Of a DNA stretch of 64,000 nt, positions 48,489 through 58,593 are shown one piece after another. Position 1 is the first letter of the stretch. The number at the start of each line of letters is the position of its first letter. Location of the stretch: positions 33,412 through 97,411 of the forward strand of contig JACPTS010000001.1 in NCBI GenBank assembly GCA_016192685.1, written 5' to 3'. Below the pieces are notes generated by a model. It had not been told where the DNA came from and did not search any database. It worked only from the letters and a program-made list of their open reading frames with translations. The translations under genes were made by a program, and so were the position numbers. The stretch comes from Candidatus Harrisonbacteria bacterium. GTDB lineage: Bacteria > Patescibacteriota > Minisyncoccia > UBA6257 > 02-FULL-45-10c.

Positions 48489-49582
48489 GCAAAAAGTAAA
48501 AATAACAGCGTCAATAAAAGCAAAATCAGCATAAGAAGCGTTATTAAAGCGAACGCCGGCAATAAAGCGGATGATTTTTTATCGCGATTTACCGGAATGC
48601 TGCCGGTATTTTTAATAATTTGCCGAACTCTTTTTCTCACTTGAAAACGGATAAATAAGATTACGCCGATAATCATCGCCAGCAGGGCTCCAAAAACCGG
48701 CAAAATAATATTTAAAGGAACAATCCAAAAAGTTGTCTCATCAGAAAGGCTCTGCCGGCCTTCTTCGCCGTAAGTCAAGCTAAGAATAGCTTTATAATTC
48801 CCAAACAGCAATTTATCGCTTTCCCAAAGAATTCTAAATTCCCGGATAGTTTTAGGGAATACTGAAGCGGATTCTTCATTAACATTTAATGCCGCTTCTT
48901 GCCGGCCAAGAGGGTCAATGATTTCCAAAATACCGTGCGGCCTGACTAAAACATTCCCAAGATTTTCTATTTTGGCGGAAAAATTCACTTTCGGCCGGAT
49001 ATAAATTAATTTATCCAGAGAAAAACCTCTTAACTGCGCTTCTTCAAAAATTTCTCCGGAAACTCTAAAATTAATAATGGTGCCAACTTGATAACCAATG
49101 CCGATGCCGGTTGTTTCCGGACGCTTAGGCGCGAGAGCCACAAAAATTCCTCCGAAATGGCCTCCGGGAGGAGCATTGGGCGGAACAACAATCGCAAAAG
49201 GAATTTCTTTGGTCTGGCCGGCGCCAAGATTTATAGATTTATCAGTTATTTTAATCCAGGAACTTATTTCAAAACCAGTCGGTTCGCCTTCTACGGCAAA
49301 TATCGGGGATCCTTGCTCGGAAAGGGACTTGATATCACGGGTAATTACGTAAAAAGTTTTATTCTCCGAACTTAAATTAGTTACTTTAATTTTAGAATTA
49401 AAAGTTTGGCCCGGGTCAATTCTCTGTTCAATTATTGCCGGCTGGATTTTTACGCCCGAAACCTCTTGCGCCTTTACAAATGAAAATTCTGGCAGGTGAA
49501 AACCTGCCAGAATTAACGCCGCCAGAAAGAAAATCTTAGAAGGTCGGCGTAGCAATATAATTAAGCGCTTGAGTATAATCAT
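48485..49582 (-). CDS. DUF916/WxL-interacting-like Ig-fold membrane protein
   Basis: VPPNAPPGGHFG, ENLGNV, C-terminal TMs; start uncertain. Confidence 0.65.
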   Translation of the reverse strand: MIILKRLIILLRRPSKIFFLAALILAGFHLPEFSFVKAQEVSGVKIQPAIIEQRIDPGQTFNSKIKVTNLSSENKTFYVITRDIKSLSEQGSPIFAVEGEPTGFEISSWIKITDKSINLGAGQTKEIPFAIVVPPNAPPGGHFGGIFVALAPKRPETTGIGIGYQVGTIINFRVSGEIFEEAQLRGFSLDKLIYIRPKVNFSAKIENLGNVLVRPHGILEIIDPLGRQEAALNVNEESASVFPKTIREFRILWESDKLLFGNYKAILSLTYGEEGRQSLSDETTFWIVPLNIILPVFGALLAMIIGVILFIRFQVRKRVRQIIKNTGSIPVNRDKKSSALLPAFALITLLMLILLLLTLLFLLFA

Positions 49583-50705
49583 CGGCTGCTTCTTGTAAGG
49601 TGGAAATTTCTATCTTAAAGCCAATCTTAGTTCTGCCTTTATCAATAGTAGTGCCGTTAGCCGGTCCGGTATGAGCGAATATCTCAATCGGGGCGGACTG
49701 GCTGCCGATTCCGCTGTATAAAGCGGTGCCGAAAGTATCCCCGGCGGTTAAAGTGCTGTCCTCGCTGGTAATACCTTGCCAGCCCCAAGTGTTCTCATCA
49801 TCAATATCAGCTGTCGGCGAAGACCAGGCAACCGCGGTGGAAGTGGCGGTTTGCTGGAAATTATCAATATCCGAACCGTCACCGCTGGTCAAATTCTGGT
49901 CTTTCCAGATAGTTACGGAGAAGCCGTTTTTGGCATTAGTGCTGACGGTCAAATCTTGACGCGCCCGTTTAGCAGTATCAATAGTTAATTCTCCCCAGGG
50001 AATAGCGGTAGCGGTGGTAGTGACATCAGTTGTTCCACCTTCGCCGTTAGCTGTCGTTGTTGCCGAAGCAACACCAGCCACAGTAAAGGTGAAGTTGGTT
50101 GCGACCGTGGCAGTTACCGTAACATCAGGAACAATGGCAACTCGGGTACTCGCGGAATCAGCAGCCGGGGCAGTAATGCTGATAACATAAGAACCGGAAC
50201 TAGGAGGATTTACCAATTGGCTGTCGCCGGTCCCGCCAATTGTGGCATTAGTGCCGATTTTTACCGTAATCGGGGCGCTGGCCGCGACTGCCGCCGTGCC
50301 ATTGCAATGGGTAAAAGTGAAAACATTGCTAGTAGAAGTGGAGGTAATTTCAAAACCGGCGGTAGCGCCTGTTCCCGGACAAGCTCCAGCGGCAAAAAGA
50401 TTGAGGTCAGTGGTGGAAGATGCTATATCATAATCAGTCGCGTCAGTTGTGGAAAAAACCGGGGTGCTGGTCCCCTGAAATTGGTCAGCAAAATCAATTA
50501 CTATCGTTGAGCTCGCGGTAATCGGACTTTTAAGAGTAAATTTAATCGTGTGATTGGCTTTGACTGCCGGCTCAGAATCGCTTAAAGTATCAGAAACTGA
50601 CGTTAATTTGGCCGCCAAAGCGTAATTAACCAATAAAACTAAAGTTAAAGTTACTAAGATAAACAGCCAGTTTTTAGAATATCCCGATACCTTAAACTTA
50701 AACAT
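49536..50705 (-). CDS. Secreted Thr/Ser-rich beta protein (WxL-like structural subunit)
   Basis: Signal peptide; LTVSTNAKNGF; C-terminal DYTQALNYIATPTF. Confidence 0.65.
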   Translation of the reverse strand: MFKFKVSGYSKNWLFILVTLTLVLLVNYALAAKLTSVSDTLSDSEPAVKANHTIKFTLKSPITASSTIVIDFADQFQGTSTPVFSTTDATDYDIASSTTDLNLFAAGACPGTGATAGFEITSTSTSNVFTFTHCNGTAAVAASAPITVKIGTNATIGGTGDSQLVNPPSSGSYVISITAPAADSASTRVAIVPDVTVTATVATNFTFTVAGVASATTTANGEGGTTDVTTTATAIPWGELTIDTAKRARQDLTVSTNAKNGFSVTIWKDQNLTSGDGSDIDNFQQTATSTAVAWSSPTADIDDENTWGWQGITSEDSTLTAGDTFGTALYSGIGSQSAPIEIFAHTGPANGTTIDKGRTKIGFKIEISTLQEAADDYTQALNYIATPTF

Positions 50706-50742
50706 ACTTTTATTATAGCAGGTTAAGTTTTAGTCCTAAGAG

Positions 50743-50758
50743 ACGGCTGTGGATAACT
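50743..50758 (-). promoter_or_regulatory. DnaA-box-containing 16-mer
   Basis: Identical to 34873-34888; TATAAT at 50712-50717. Confidence 0.6.
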
Positions 50759-50764
50759 TTTTTA

Positions 50765-52390
50765 TTAAGGAATTGCTCCCAACGATTTTAATGCCAATTT
50801 AAAACCATCAAAACTCGCGCTTATTACCAAATATTCATTAAAGAGACCATAATTAAAAGCTGAACCGGGACGGGAACCAATGGCATATCGAGTTTTTATG
50901 CCCAAAACCGATCCGTCTTTAAATTCGCCGAGGGTTTCCGGCGAAATGTAAAATCTTGCGGCATAATTTTCTAAAATCGGCGCGATAACCGGAGCCAAAA
51001 CCTGGGAATCTTTGATTTTCGCGACATAACCGGGCCAAGAGCCGTTGGCGTCATAATATCGGAAAGCGGTAAAATCATCATTAAAAGTTTGGCTCAAAAA
51101 ATCTTTATCAAAAACCGGCAAAAACCGCCGGAATAATTCCGGTAAAGACATTTGCCCGCCGTCTTCTTTTAAAATTTCCACTTCATTAAAACGATTGTCA
51201 GTTTCCGACGCGGAAAGGAAATAAGTTTGGTGGATTATTGAAGCGGTTTGTTTTAGCGCCAATTCCGGAGCGCCAACAAATAATGATTTGCGCGATTCTA
51301 CCGCGTATCTTACTCCTGCGCCGGCGCTGACCGACAATAAGCCAATTACCATTATTATCATTAATGGATTCCAAGCGGAAATCACGGGAACTGGCTGATA
51401 ATTTTTCACCGGAGGCAAATCGGAAACAGGAAATTCTCCTTCCATAACTTTATGGACATAAGCCCTAATGGTTTTTCCGGCAAAAAATAAGAAAAGCGGC
51501 AATAAAAATAAAAGGCTTATAATTCCAAAAATAAAATTAATCGGCATTATCCAAAAATAAGTTTCCTTAACGATATTTTGAGCCGGATTCCCAAAAGTTA
51601 AAACTGCCGCCGCTTTGTATCTTCCCATTCCGCTTCCGGATTTTTCCCTCTCCCAATTAAAAATAAATTCACGGCTTTTACCCGGTAAAACCGCTAACGC
51701 TTCAGCCGATAAAATAATATCCCCTTTTTCTTCGCCTTGATAATTAAAAATTTTAATTTTACCCGATGGATTTAAATTTACATTGCCGGTATTTTCAAAA
51801 TTAAGCGAAAATTTGACTTTCAACTCACGGTAAAAATTATTTTCCGCGATAAAAGATTTAATGGCGCCGCCAACCCGTTTTTCTCCGCTGACCCGCACCG
51901 ATAAAATTGAAGAAATAAATCCGGCGGATTTTAATTCTTGAGTTTTTCCGCTTAACGGCTGGGTGCCGATAAGAATCGCGGCCGCGTGGCTACCCGGCGG
52001 AGCGTCAGCCGGCAATTGCAAAGAAAATGGCAGAAATACGCTTTGCTTCCCCAATATCGTTACTGCGTTATCCTTGAATTTTACCCATTTAGCCAGCGAA
52101 TGTCCGTAAATTTCCGAATCCTCATTTAAAATCGGAACCGATTTATCGCTTAAATTAACGGCTGAAACATAAACCGTCAGGTCAGTTGAATTATTGTTGA
52201 AGATTTTTAACCCGCTGTTCCAATTTTCTCCGGGACTAAGATTAATTTCCAATAAAGAAGGCGTAACCGTAAAAGCAATCGATTCGCTTCCAAGAGTTAA
52301 AGAGACGGAAAAAATTCCAAGCAAAGCTGCGAAAATAACTATTTCATTTATTTTAAAAATAAATAGATTGTTAAAATTGTCATGGCGCAT
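50765..52390 (-). CDS. DUF916-like Ig-fold membrane protein with extra C-terminal domain
   Basis: LPADAPPGSH, FENTGNV; paralogous to 48485..49582. Confidence 0.65.
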   Translation of the reverse strand: MRHDNFNNLFIFKINEIVIFAALLGIFSVSLTLGSESIAFTVTPSLLEINLSPGENWNSGLKIFNNNSTDLTVYVSAVNLSDKSVPILNEDSEIYGHSLAKWVKFKDNAVTILGKQSVFLPFSLQLPADAPPGSHAAAILIGTQPLSGKTQELKSAGFISSILSVRVSGEKRVGGAIKSFIAENNFYRELKVKFSLNFENTGNVNLNPSGKIKIFNYQGEEKGDIILSAEALAVLPGKSREFIFNWEREKSGSGMGRYKAAAVLTFGNPAQNIVKETYFWIMPINFIFGIISLLFLLPLFLFFAGKTIRAYVHKVMEGEFPVSDLPPVKNYQPVPVISAWNPLMIIMVIGLLSVSAGAGVRYAVESRKSLFVGAPELALKQTASIIHQTYFLSASETDNRFNEVEILKEDGGQMSLPELFRRFLPVFDKDFLSQTFNDDFTAFRYYDANGSWPGYVAKIKDSQVLAPVIAPILENYAARFYISPETLGEFKDGSVLGIKTRYAIGSRPGSAFNYGLFNEYLVISASFDGFKLALKSLGAIP

Positions 52391-53286
52391 ATAATTAAAA
52401 TTAATCCCGCCAAGATCGGCCGGGAAATTACCCAGAAAAAAGCCGTATCTTGAACCACTTGTCCGTTTTCGGATTTCAAAGATAAAATCGCTTTATATCT
52501 TCCGAAATCTTTATTAAATTCCGACAAATTTGCCAGAGCGCCAGCCAAGTCTGACTTGGCGCCGCCGAAATTCCTTGATTCCCGATGGGGAGAAACCGCC
52601 AACTGACCGCTGAATTTTTCCGCGTTTATTTCGCTAATCGGCACCAATCCCGCTTCTTCGCCTCTCCGATTAAAAATCATCAGCTCTCCCTTGAGTTTTA
52701 TCGGCTTAACTCCGCTATTTTCCAATTCATAAGTAAAAGAAACCGGAAATCCCAATGAAAAAGTTTTATCGGCCGCGAACTTTTTTAAACGCAAAAATTC
52801 ATCATTCTTTTCCGCGATTTCCACATTGACCAAAACCTCCGGCCCGGCCATTCTTTTTTCCGCTTCTATTCTATCCGATCCTTCATAAAAAGCAATGCTG
52901 GCGTGATAAATTCCCGGCACTGCTCTTGGCCCCGCTTTAATCAAAAAATCAATGCTTTTTTTCTCTCCCGGCAGAAGCTGAATCACTCCCCTGTTAATTT
53001 CAATCCAATTTGCTAGTGATTTGGTGAGGTCCGCCTGCGCCGGGCCGTAAAATTCCTGCTCTCCTTCTTTTGTGTCTAAATTATGCACGGTGGCATAAAT
53101 ATTTGTTTTATAATTTGCATCGTTAGTTAAAATTATGGTTTCCTCAAAAATTTCTCTTGGATTTCCTTTCTCGTCTATAATTGCCGGTTCAATTTTTAAA
53201 TAGCCGGCATGAATATTGGCAAAAACTAAAAACAATCCGGCAACAATAAGAACCAATCTTAAATTAATTTTTAATGGATTAAACAT
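52348..53286 (-). CDS. DUF916-like Ig-fold membrane protein
   Basis: SLANWI, AVPGIYH, LENSG; start set to MFNPLK. Confidence 0.6.
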   Translation of the reverse strand: MFNPLKINLRLVLIVAGLFLVFANIHAGYLKIEPAIIDEKGNPREIFEETIILTNDANYKTNIYATVHNLDTKEGEQEFYGPAQADLTKSLANWIEINRGVIQLLPGEKKSIDFLIKAGPRAVPGIYHASIAFYEGSDRIEAEKRMAGPEVLVNVEIAEKNDEFLRLKKFAADKTFSLGFPVSFTYELENSGVKPIKLKGELMIFNRRGEEAGLVPISEINAEKFSGQLAVSPHRESRNFGGAKSDLAGALANLSEFNKDFGRYKAILSLKSENGQVVQDTAFFWVISRPILAGLILIICAMTILTIYLFLK

Positions 53287-53287
53287 T

Positions 53288-54610
53288 TTAAAAAACCGGA
53301 ACAATAATATACCCGACACTGCTTTGATAATCCTCCGGCGGCTGTTCCGGCCCAATCTGGGCTTTAAAAATTATATCCACTGATTCATTGGCTACCGGGG
53401 TAGGGCTAAAAGCCGTTTCTTTTGGGGAATTTTCCAGCTTGGCATAAGTATCATTGGCGGCAAAACGGCCGGCATTTCCAGAAAGGGTGTCGTCTCCGGA
53501 ATGATAACCATAACATCCCATATCCAATACCGGACAAGCAGCCGACCAATTTAAAGGAGTTTCATTAGTGCTATTAATCGGCGCGATTTCCGAACCACCG
53601 TCTCCTAATAATCCTTGTCTTTGAAATATAAAAATCCGGTAGCCATCCGTCCCATTAGTGGTAACGGTTAATCTTTGCGCCACTTCCGTCTCTAATCCTG
53701 GATTTAATGAACTAAAAGAAATATTTAACGGCGTGGTTGCCGCGTCGGTAATTATGCCTTCAGTCGCAGTTCCGGAAGGCAAACCGCTGATTGAAAAAGT
53801 TAGTTTTGCCGCTTCTGTTGCCAGACTGGGATAAGATGCGCCGGGCTTAAGTACAACCGGTTTATTATTTCCAAGATCAAAAACCCGGAAAAAATACACG
53901 GCATTGGCCCTTGCTCCGGCATGTTTAACGGTAAATTCATATTCCGAAGCCGCATTCCTGATATATATAAAGGTAGAAGTACTGGACCCAAATTCATTAT
54001 GAGTGCCGCAGCCATTTCCTATTCCGCTAAGACAAGAATCGGCATCAGATAAAGTTTTATTTTGAATTAAAGCATTATCTGATCCGGCGCCGTCCGCGTA
54101 ACACCAAAGCGAATTATCCGCGCAATCCGACGTTTCCACCACATCCTGGACATCGCGGGAAAAATCCGAATACTCGGAAAACTGAAGTCGGAATTTAGTA
54201 TTTTTATTTCCTATGCCGCCTAATTCCTTAATAGTTAAACGGAGTTTTATAATATTTTGATTTACGATATTAATAGGCGCGGCATTTTCATTCGCGAGCG
54301 CGACACCGGGAGTTTCATTGGTTTCATCGTCATACCAGCGCCAGTTTTGGCTGGCCGGAGTAAAATCGTTGAAATATAAAAATCCGGATAATACTACGAA
54401 ATTTGTGCTGGTTGATTCTCCGAGAGCGTTTTGGCCGCCGACAATTCCCTGCTGAAAACTGCTGGAGGTGGCAACTCCGCCAAATACGTCAATAACCGGA
54501 TCCCGAAAAATAAAATTCGGGCTGGTAAAATCCGCGGCAAAAACTAAAGCCGCGGAAAATAAAATCGCCGGTAAAATTAGATTAATTAGAATTTTGAGTC
54601 GTAGTTGCAT
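53288..54610 (-). CDS. Secreted protein with WxL-like C-terminal domain
   Basis: LTVTTNGTDGY..DYQSSVGYIIVPVF, paralogous to the C-terminus of 49536..50705. Confidence 0.65.
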   Translation of the reverse strand: MQLRLKILINLILPAILFSAALVFAADFTSPNFIFRDPVIDVFGGVATSSSFQQGIVGGQNALGESTSTNFVVLSGFLYFNDFTPASQNWRWYDDETNETPGVALANENAAPINIVNQNIIKLRLTIKELGGIGNKNTKFRLQFSEYSDFSRDVQDVVETSDCADNSLWCYADGAGSDNALIQNKTLSDADSCLSGIGNGCGTHNEFGSSTSTFIYIRNAASEYEFTVKHAGARANAVYFFRVFDLGNNKPVVLKPGASYPSLATEAAKLTFSISGLPSGTATEGIITDAATTPLNISFSSLNPGLETEVAQRLTVTTNGTDGYRIFIFQRQGLLGDGGSEIAPINSTNETPLNWSAACPVLDMGCYGYHSGDDTLSGNAGRFAANDTYAKLENSPKETAFSPTPVANESVDIIFKAQIGPEQPPEDYQSSVGYIIVPVF

Positions 54611-56969
54611 TTTTATTAATTACAAAATTCGTTGTTGTTGAATTACTGACTGAAATATTTTCGCAGGTTCCCAAAACTTTTTTCCATTCTCCATTTTCCA
54701 GCCAAGTGCAATAAAATTCATTGGTAGCTTGGTCACGCAATTGAATTTTTTCTGAAATATCCAAATTCTGGATTCGCGCTGATTTGATAATCGCTTTTTC
54801 CGCGATAAATTCCTGAAACTTAGCAATTCCATTTTCAATAAATAAACCGAGTGAATTTAATGTCTGTCTTATTATGTCGCCTAGACCGCTGTCTGGCACT
54901 TCCGCGGTTTGAATTTCGCTAATAGGATTATCTTCGCTTGTCGTTGCCATTTCTCCGCTTGTTCCCTCCGGCGGGTCGTCAATCCAAACCTTAATAGATT
55001 CTACGTCCAGATTTTTTACCGCATCGGCGGTTGTTATTAAAGCGTTACCGACTGAAAATCCTAAATCGGCAGTAGGAATATTTAAACTGATTGTAGCAAC
55101 TAAAACGCCGCCAATAAAAAAGCGGGTGTTAACGCTGCCATTTATTTCAACGCGAAGTTCCTGAAAATTCGCGGTAGAAATCGCAACACCGGTATCAACA
55201 ACTGAACCAACTTCTGAACCGCCGGCGCGGTTTACCGCTATCCAATTTGACGAAGCAGGTGTGGCGCGAAAATATACTCCGTTGGTATCGGCCGCTATAT
55301 CGCCGTTTAACGCCCTGACAGCAAACCCCGCTTCAATTCGGTGATTGGTCAAAGTTAGCGGCATTACCCTTGCTTCCATTACCGGATTATTATCCCTGTT
55401 CATCGGCAACGGGCCGCCAGACCCCAAAATCGCCCCCTCCCCAACCGCTAAACTTCCGGCAGTGCTTGCCCGGAGCCGAATCGCGGAACTACCGGCAACT
55501 TTTGCTATAACTGCTCCGTCAGCGTCTTCGTCAAAAACTAATCCGCAAATATCGGCTGTATCAGCGACTATAACGGCTAATGGAGCGCAGGTTGCCAGCC
55601 ATTCTCTTTGATAACCCCGCCAGGAACTGTTAATCCGGCCATAAACATAAAGCTGGTCCTCCTTAGTTGGCCCGCCGACTGTTACTCTGGAAAAATCAAG
55701 ATTGCCGATTCCGCTTTGCGTAATTGAAAAAAGAGTGGCGGTTGAAGAACCAACCACAAAAGCCGGCCCGTTTATTCCGTCAGGATTCACCGAAAGAAGC
55801 CCCAGAGGGGAAGTGGTGCCAATGCCCACGTTGCCATTATTAAAAATAATCTTATCATCTTGGAACTCGGCAGCTGTTACTTCCCCGGATGGACCGGCAG
55901 TGCCGGTGTTAGCCCGAATTTGAACAACGCCATTTGATGTCCTGTTGGCCAATGCTACAATGTCACTTCCCGGGAAGATAAGGCCGAACCTTCTCTTGCT
56001 GGCTGAATCAAGATATTGTATTCCCTCGCTTGCGCCGCCAGCAGTGCCAATAAAGGATATGATAGACCCTGCCCCGCCAATACCGACTTTCGTCCCCGGA
56101 TCCGCCGTCCCGATGCCGATGTCGCCGCTTCCCTGCTGAACCACAAACTGCGACGCTCCAACCGTAAACCCCTGGCCGCTGGCGATAGTAGAAGTTCCGG
56201 AAGCGCCGATTAAAGATAAATTACCGGTAGCCGTGATATCCGCCACCGAAGTGATATTTCCCAAAAACAAAGCATTTCCATGCACGGAAAGCAATTGAGA
56301 AGGAGAAGTGGTGCCAATACCGACAAATCCGCTTAAAGGATTTAAAAGCAGATTTCCGCTAAGAGCATTTCCCTGAATCGTTAACGAATTTGAGGAAGTG
56401 GCGTTAATCTGCGGCGTCAATGCTCCTAAAAACAAATTTCCGCCGGTTAAAACCGGAATCTGATTTCCGCTTGCCGACGGCGCGGCATGAAAACCATCCA
56501 AAGTATCGGAATTAATTGAATAGCCGGACGAAACAACGCGCTGCCGTGGAGATAAATTTTCAAAAACTTCCGCCCCGTCGCCCGGCGCGCAAGTCACGCC
56601 GACTTTTTGGGCAACTTCCGTATTTACGTATATTTCATCCTGCGATTGGAAATCAAAATCTAAAATATCTCCTCCGCTTAAAGTATCGCCTATTCCGGCA
56701 TCAAAAACGCCATTTTTAACTAAAACTGTCATTGTTGATGGAGCGCCAGCCGGCCAAAGTTTATTATCCGGAGCCCCGACTGCCGCGTCATCATAAAAAG
56801 AAAATTTAAAACAAAATTCTGTTCCGGATTCGCCCAGCAAAATCCCAGAAGCGTCCAGCAATCTTCCTTGGTAATTTAAAATTCTGGGGACGCCGGCTGC
56901 GGCAAAAATTTTAGTACCGGCAATTAATCCCAGCGCCACCATTAAAATTTTTAGAAACGTCTTCTTCAT
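54582..56969 (-). CDS. Large secreted fibre-like protein with G-x-V/I-GIGT repeats
   Basis: VPRILNYQGRL..V.NGVF..L.PRQ N-domain; repeated VGIGTTSP; lectin-like C-terminal region. Confidence 0.75.
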   Translation of the reverse strand: MKKTFLKILMVALGLIAGTKIFAAAGVPRILNYQGRLLDASGILLGESGTEFCFKFSFYDDAAVGAPDNKLWPAGAPSTMTVLVKNGVFDAGIGDTLSGGDILDFDFQSQDEIYVNTEVAQKVGVTCAPGDGAEVFENLSPRQRVVSSGYSINSDTLDGFHAAPSASGNQIPVLTGGNLFLGALTPQINATSSNSLTIQGNALSGNLLLNPLSGFVGIGTTSPSQLLSVHGNALFLGNITSVADITATGNLSLIGASGTSTIASGQGFTVGASQFVVQQGSGDIGIGTADPGTKVGIGGAGSIISFIGTAGGASEGIQYLDSASKRRFGLIFPGSDIVALANRTSNGVVQIRANTGTAGPSGEVTAAEFQDDKIIFNNGNVGIGTTSPLGLLSVNPDGINGPAFVVGSSTATLFSITQSGIGNLDFSRVTVGGPTKEDQLYVYGRINSSWRGYQREWLATCAPLAVIVADTADICGLVFDEDADGAVIAKVAGSSAIRLRASTAGSLAVGEGAILGSGGPLPMNRDNNPVMEARVMPLTLTNHRIEAGFAVRALNGDIAADTNGVYFRATPASSNWIAVNRAGGSEVGSVVDTGVAISTANFQELRVEINGSVNTRFFIGGVLVATISLNIPTADLGFSVGNALITTADAVKNLDVESIKVWIDDPPEGTSGEMATTSEDNPISEIQTAEVPDSGLGDIIRQTLNSLGLFIENGIAKFQEFIAEKAIIKSARIQNLDISEKIQLRDQATNEFYCTWLENGEWKKVLGTCENISVSNSTTTNFVINKNATTTQNSN

Positions 56970-57087
56970 AAAAATTGAACATAAAAAAAATCCCCCCGAA
57001 TCCGGTAGGCCGTAGAACTACCTAAATCTCCTTATTATATTTAATATAACGAAAAATTCATTGGAATAAAATGATTGTAAAAAAAAT

Positions 57088-57300
57088 CTAAAATTTATAA
57101 TTTTCAACTAATATCTCGGGCACTTTTTCTCCGGATTTTAAAATTATTTTTATTAAAAGAAGTTTTTTGCAATGCTGGCAATACATTACAAAAGAAATGC
57201 CCGAACCTTCTTGACTGGGCTCCAAACTTTTTATAATAACTCCTCTGCAATTCGGGCAATGAACTATCGCCCCATCGCCTTTGTGAACATATTTATCCAT
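57088..57300 (-). CDS. Small zinc-ribbon protein
   Basis: CPNC...CQHC. Confidence 0.65.
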   Translation of the reverse strand: MDKYVHKGDGAIVHCPNCRGVIIKSLEPSQEGSGISFVMYCQHCKKLLLIKIILKSGEKVPEILVENYKF

Positions 57301-57331
57301 ACAATTTTATCCATACAATTTAATATACCAT

Positions 57332-58591
57332 TTAAATTTCAAAATATCCCTGAAGCAAATACTCTTTAGAAAATTTTTCCAGTTCTTCGCGATTGAAATA
57401 TTCCGTAAAAATTTTGTTCCAAAGCGCTTCCTGATGGTGATAAAGATATTTAATAAGCTCTTTTTGCTTCACCAAGCTCATAACCGTATCCACTAAATCA
57501 AAACTAACCAATATGTCGTTCCCGACCTCATCCTTAAAATAATCGCCTACCCAGCCTAAATTATGCCAAAACTCCAATTCCTTATTTAATTGGGGATATA
57601 AGCCGCTTAATTTAATTAAATCTTCTTCGGCTTTTAACCAATGCAGGGCTTCCGGATTGATCCGGGGGACAAAAAGCCGCCAATCATTTTCATCATCTTT
57701 GGCAAGGTAACGCTGGACCACCAAAAAAAGCGCCCGTTCATTTTCCGGCAGATGCCGCTCCATCACATCGCCGCGCAAAAGAGAGATTAAATTTTCCGAA
57801 AAAGTTTCCGGCACTTCCGCGATTTTCTTAAAAATATCGGAATAAAACGGCACCTCGTGCAAGTAATGCGCCACCAAACTCATCATCCGCAAAAGTTCTC
57901 CGGATATTCCAAGCGAAATCGGAATAACAAAGACCACTCCCAATTCCTTAAGGTGGCTGATATTATGCCACTTTTTCATCACGAATTTCTTCGTTATCTC
58001 ATTCCATTTTTCACTCAAAGCATGGACTACAATCTTCCTTTTTTCAAAATCATCCGGCGTCAAATCTTCATATTGCTTAAAAAACACGTCATTTAACCAC
58101 TCATTTCCCTCAAGAAAACGGAGAGCGCTATAAACTTCCAAAAGATTTTCTTTCGCAAGCATCTCATCAATAGAGCTATATCCTAAAAATTCCATCACTT
58201 TTTTCGGCGGTTCTTTTTTTAATAATTGCTTCGCGACTTCCTGTTTTAAAAAGAAACCGTGATTTATTTCCGCAACTTTTTTTATCGTTTCCAGAATATT
58301 ACGGCAGTCCTTTTGGCTATTGCAGACTCTGCCGCCAAGGGCATTAAAAATTAAATTATCATCGGCTTCTATCTTAGAAATTAAGGCGTCATATACCTCC
58401 TTAGCGGTGGCAGCGCGGGAAATTCCGAGAGTCAACAAAACTTCTTTAACCTTAGTTTCGTTTTCTTCGGCTATTTTTTCAAAAATGCCGCTTTTTCCGG
58501 TTACATGATTTAATCGGTCTTCAATTTTATAAAGAGCGTTTTTGTCTGCCCTCAATATTTTTGCCAATTTATCGGTTGCCAGTCTTTCCAT
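57332..58591 (-). CDS. Hypothetical protein
   Basis: 419 aa, co-oriented and nearly abutting the PfkB kinase; no motif recognised. Confidence 0.7.
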   Translation of the reverse strand: MERLATDKLAKILRADKNALYKIEDRLNHVTGKSGIFEKIAEENETKVKEVLLTLGISRAATAKEVYDALISKIEADDNLIFNALGGRVCNSQKDCRNILETIKKVAEINHGFFLKQEVAKQLLKKEPPKKVMEFLGYSSIDEMLAKENLLEVYSALRFLEGNEWLNDVFFKQYEDLTPDDFEKRKIVVHALSEKWNEITKKFVMKKWHNISHLKELGVVFVIPISLGISGELLRMMSLVAHYLHEVPFYSDIFKKIAEVPETFSENLISLLRGDVMERHLPENERALFLVVQRYLAKDDENDWRLFVPRINPEALHWLKAEEDLIKLSGLYPQLNKELEFWHNLGWVGDYFKDEVGNDILVSFDLVDTVMSLVKQKELIKYLYHHQEALWNKIFTEYFNREELEKFSKEYLLQGYFEI

Positions 58592-58593
58592 AT

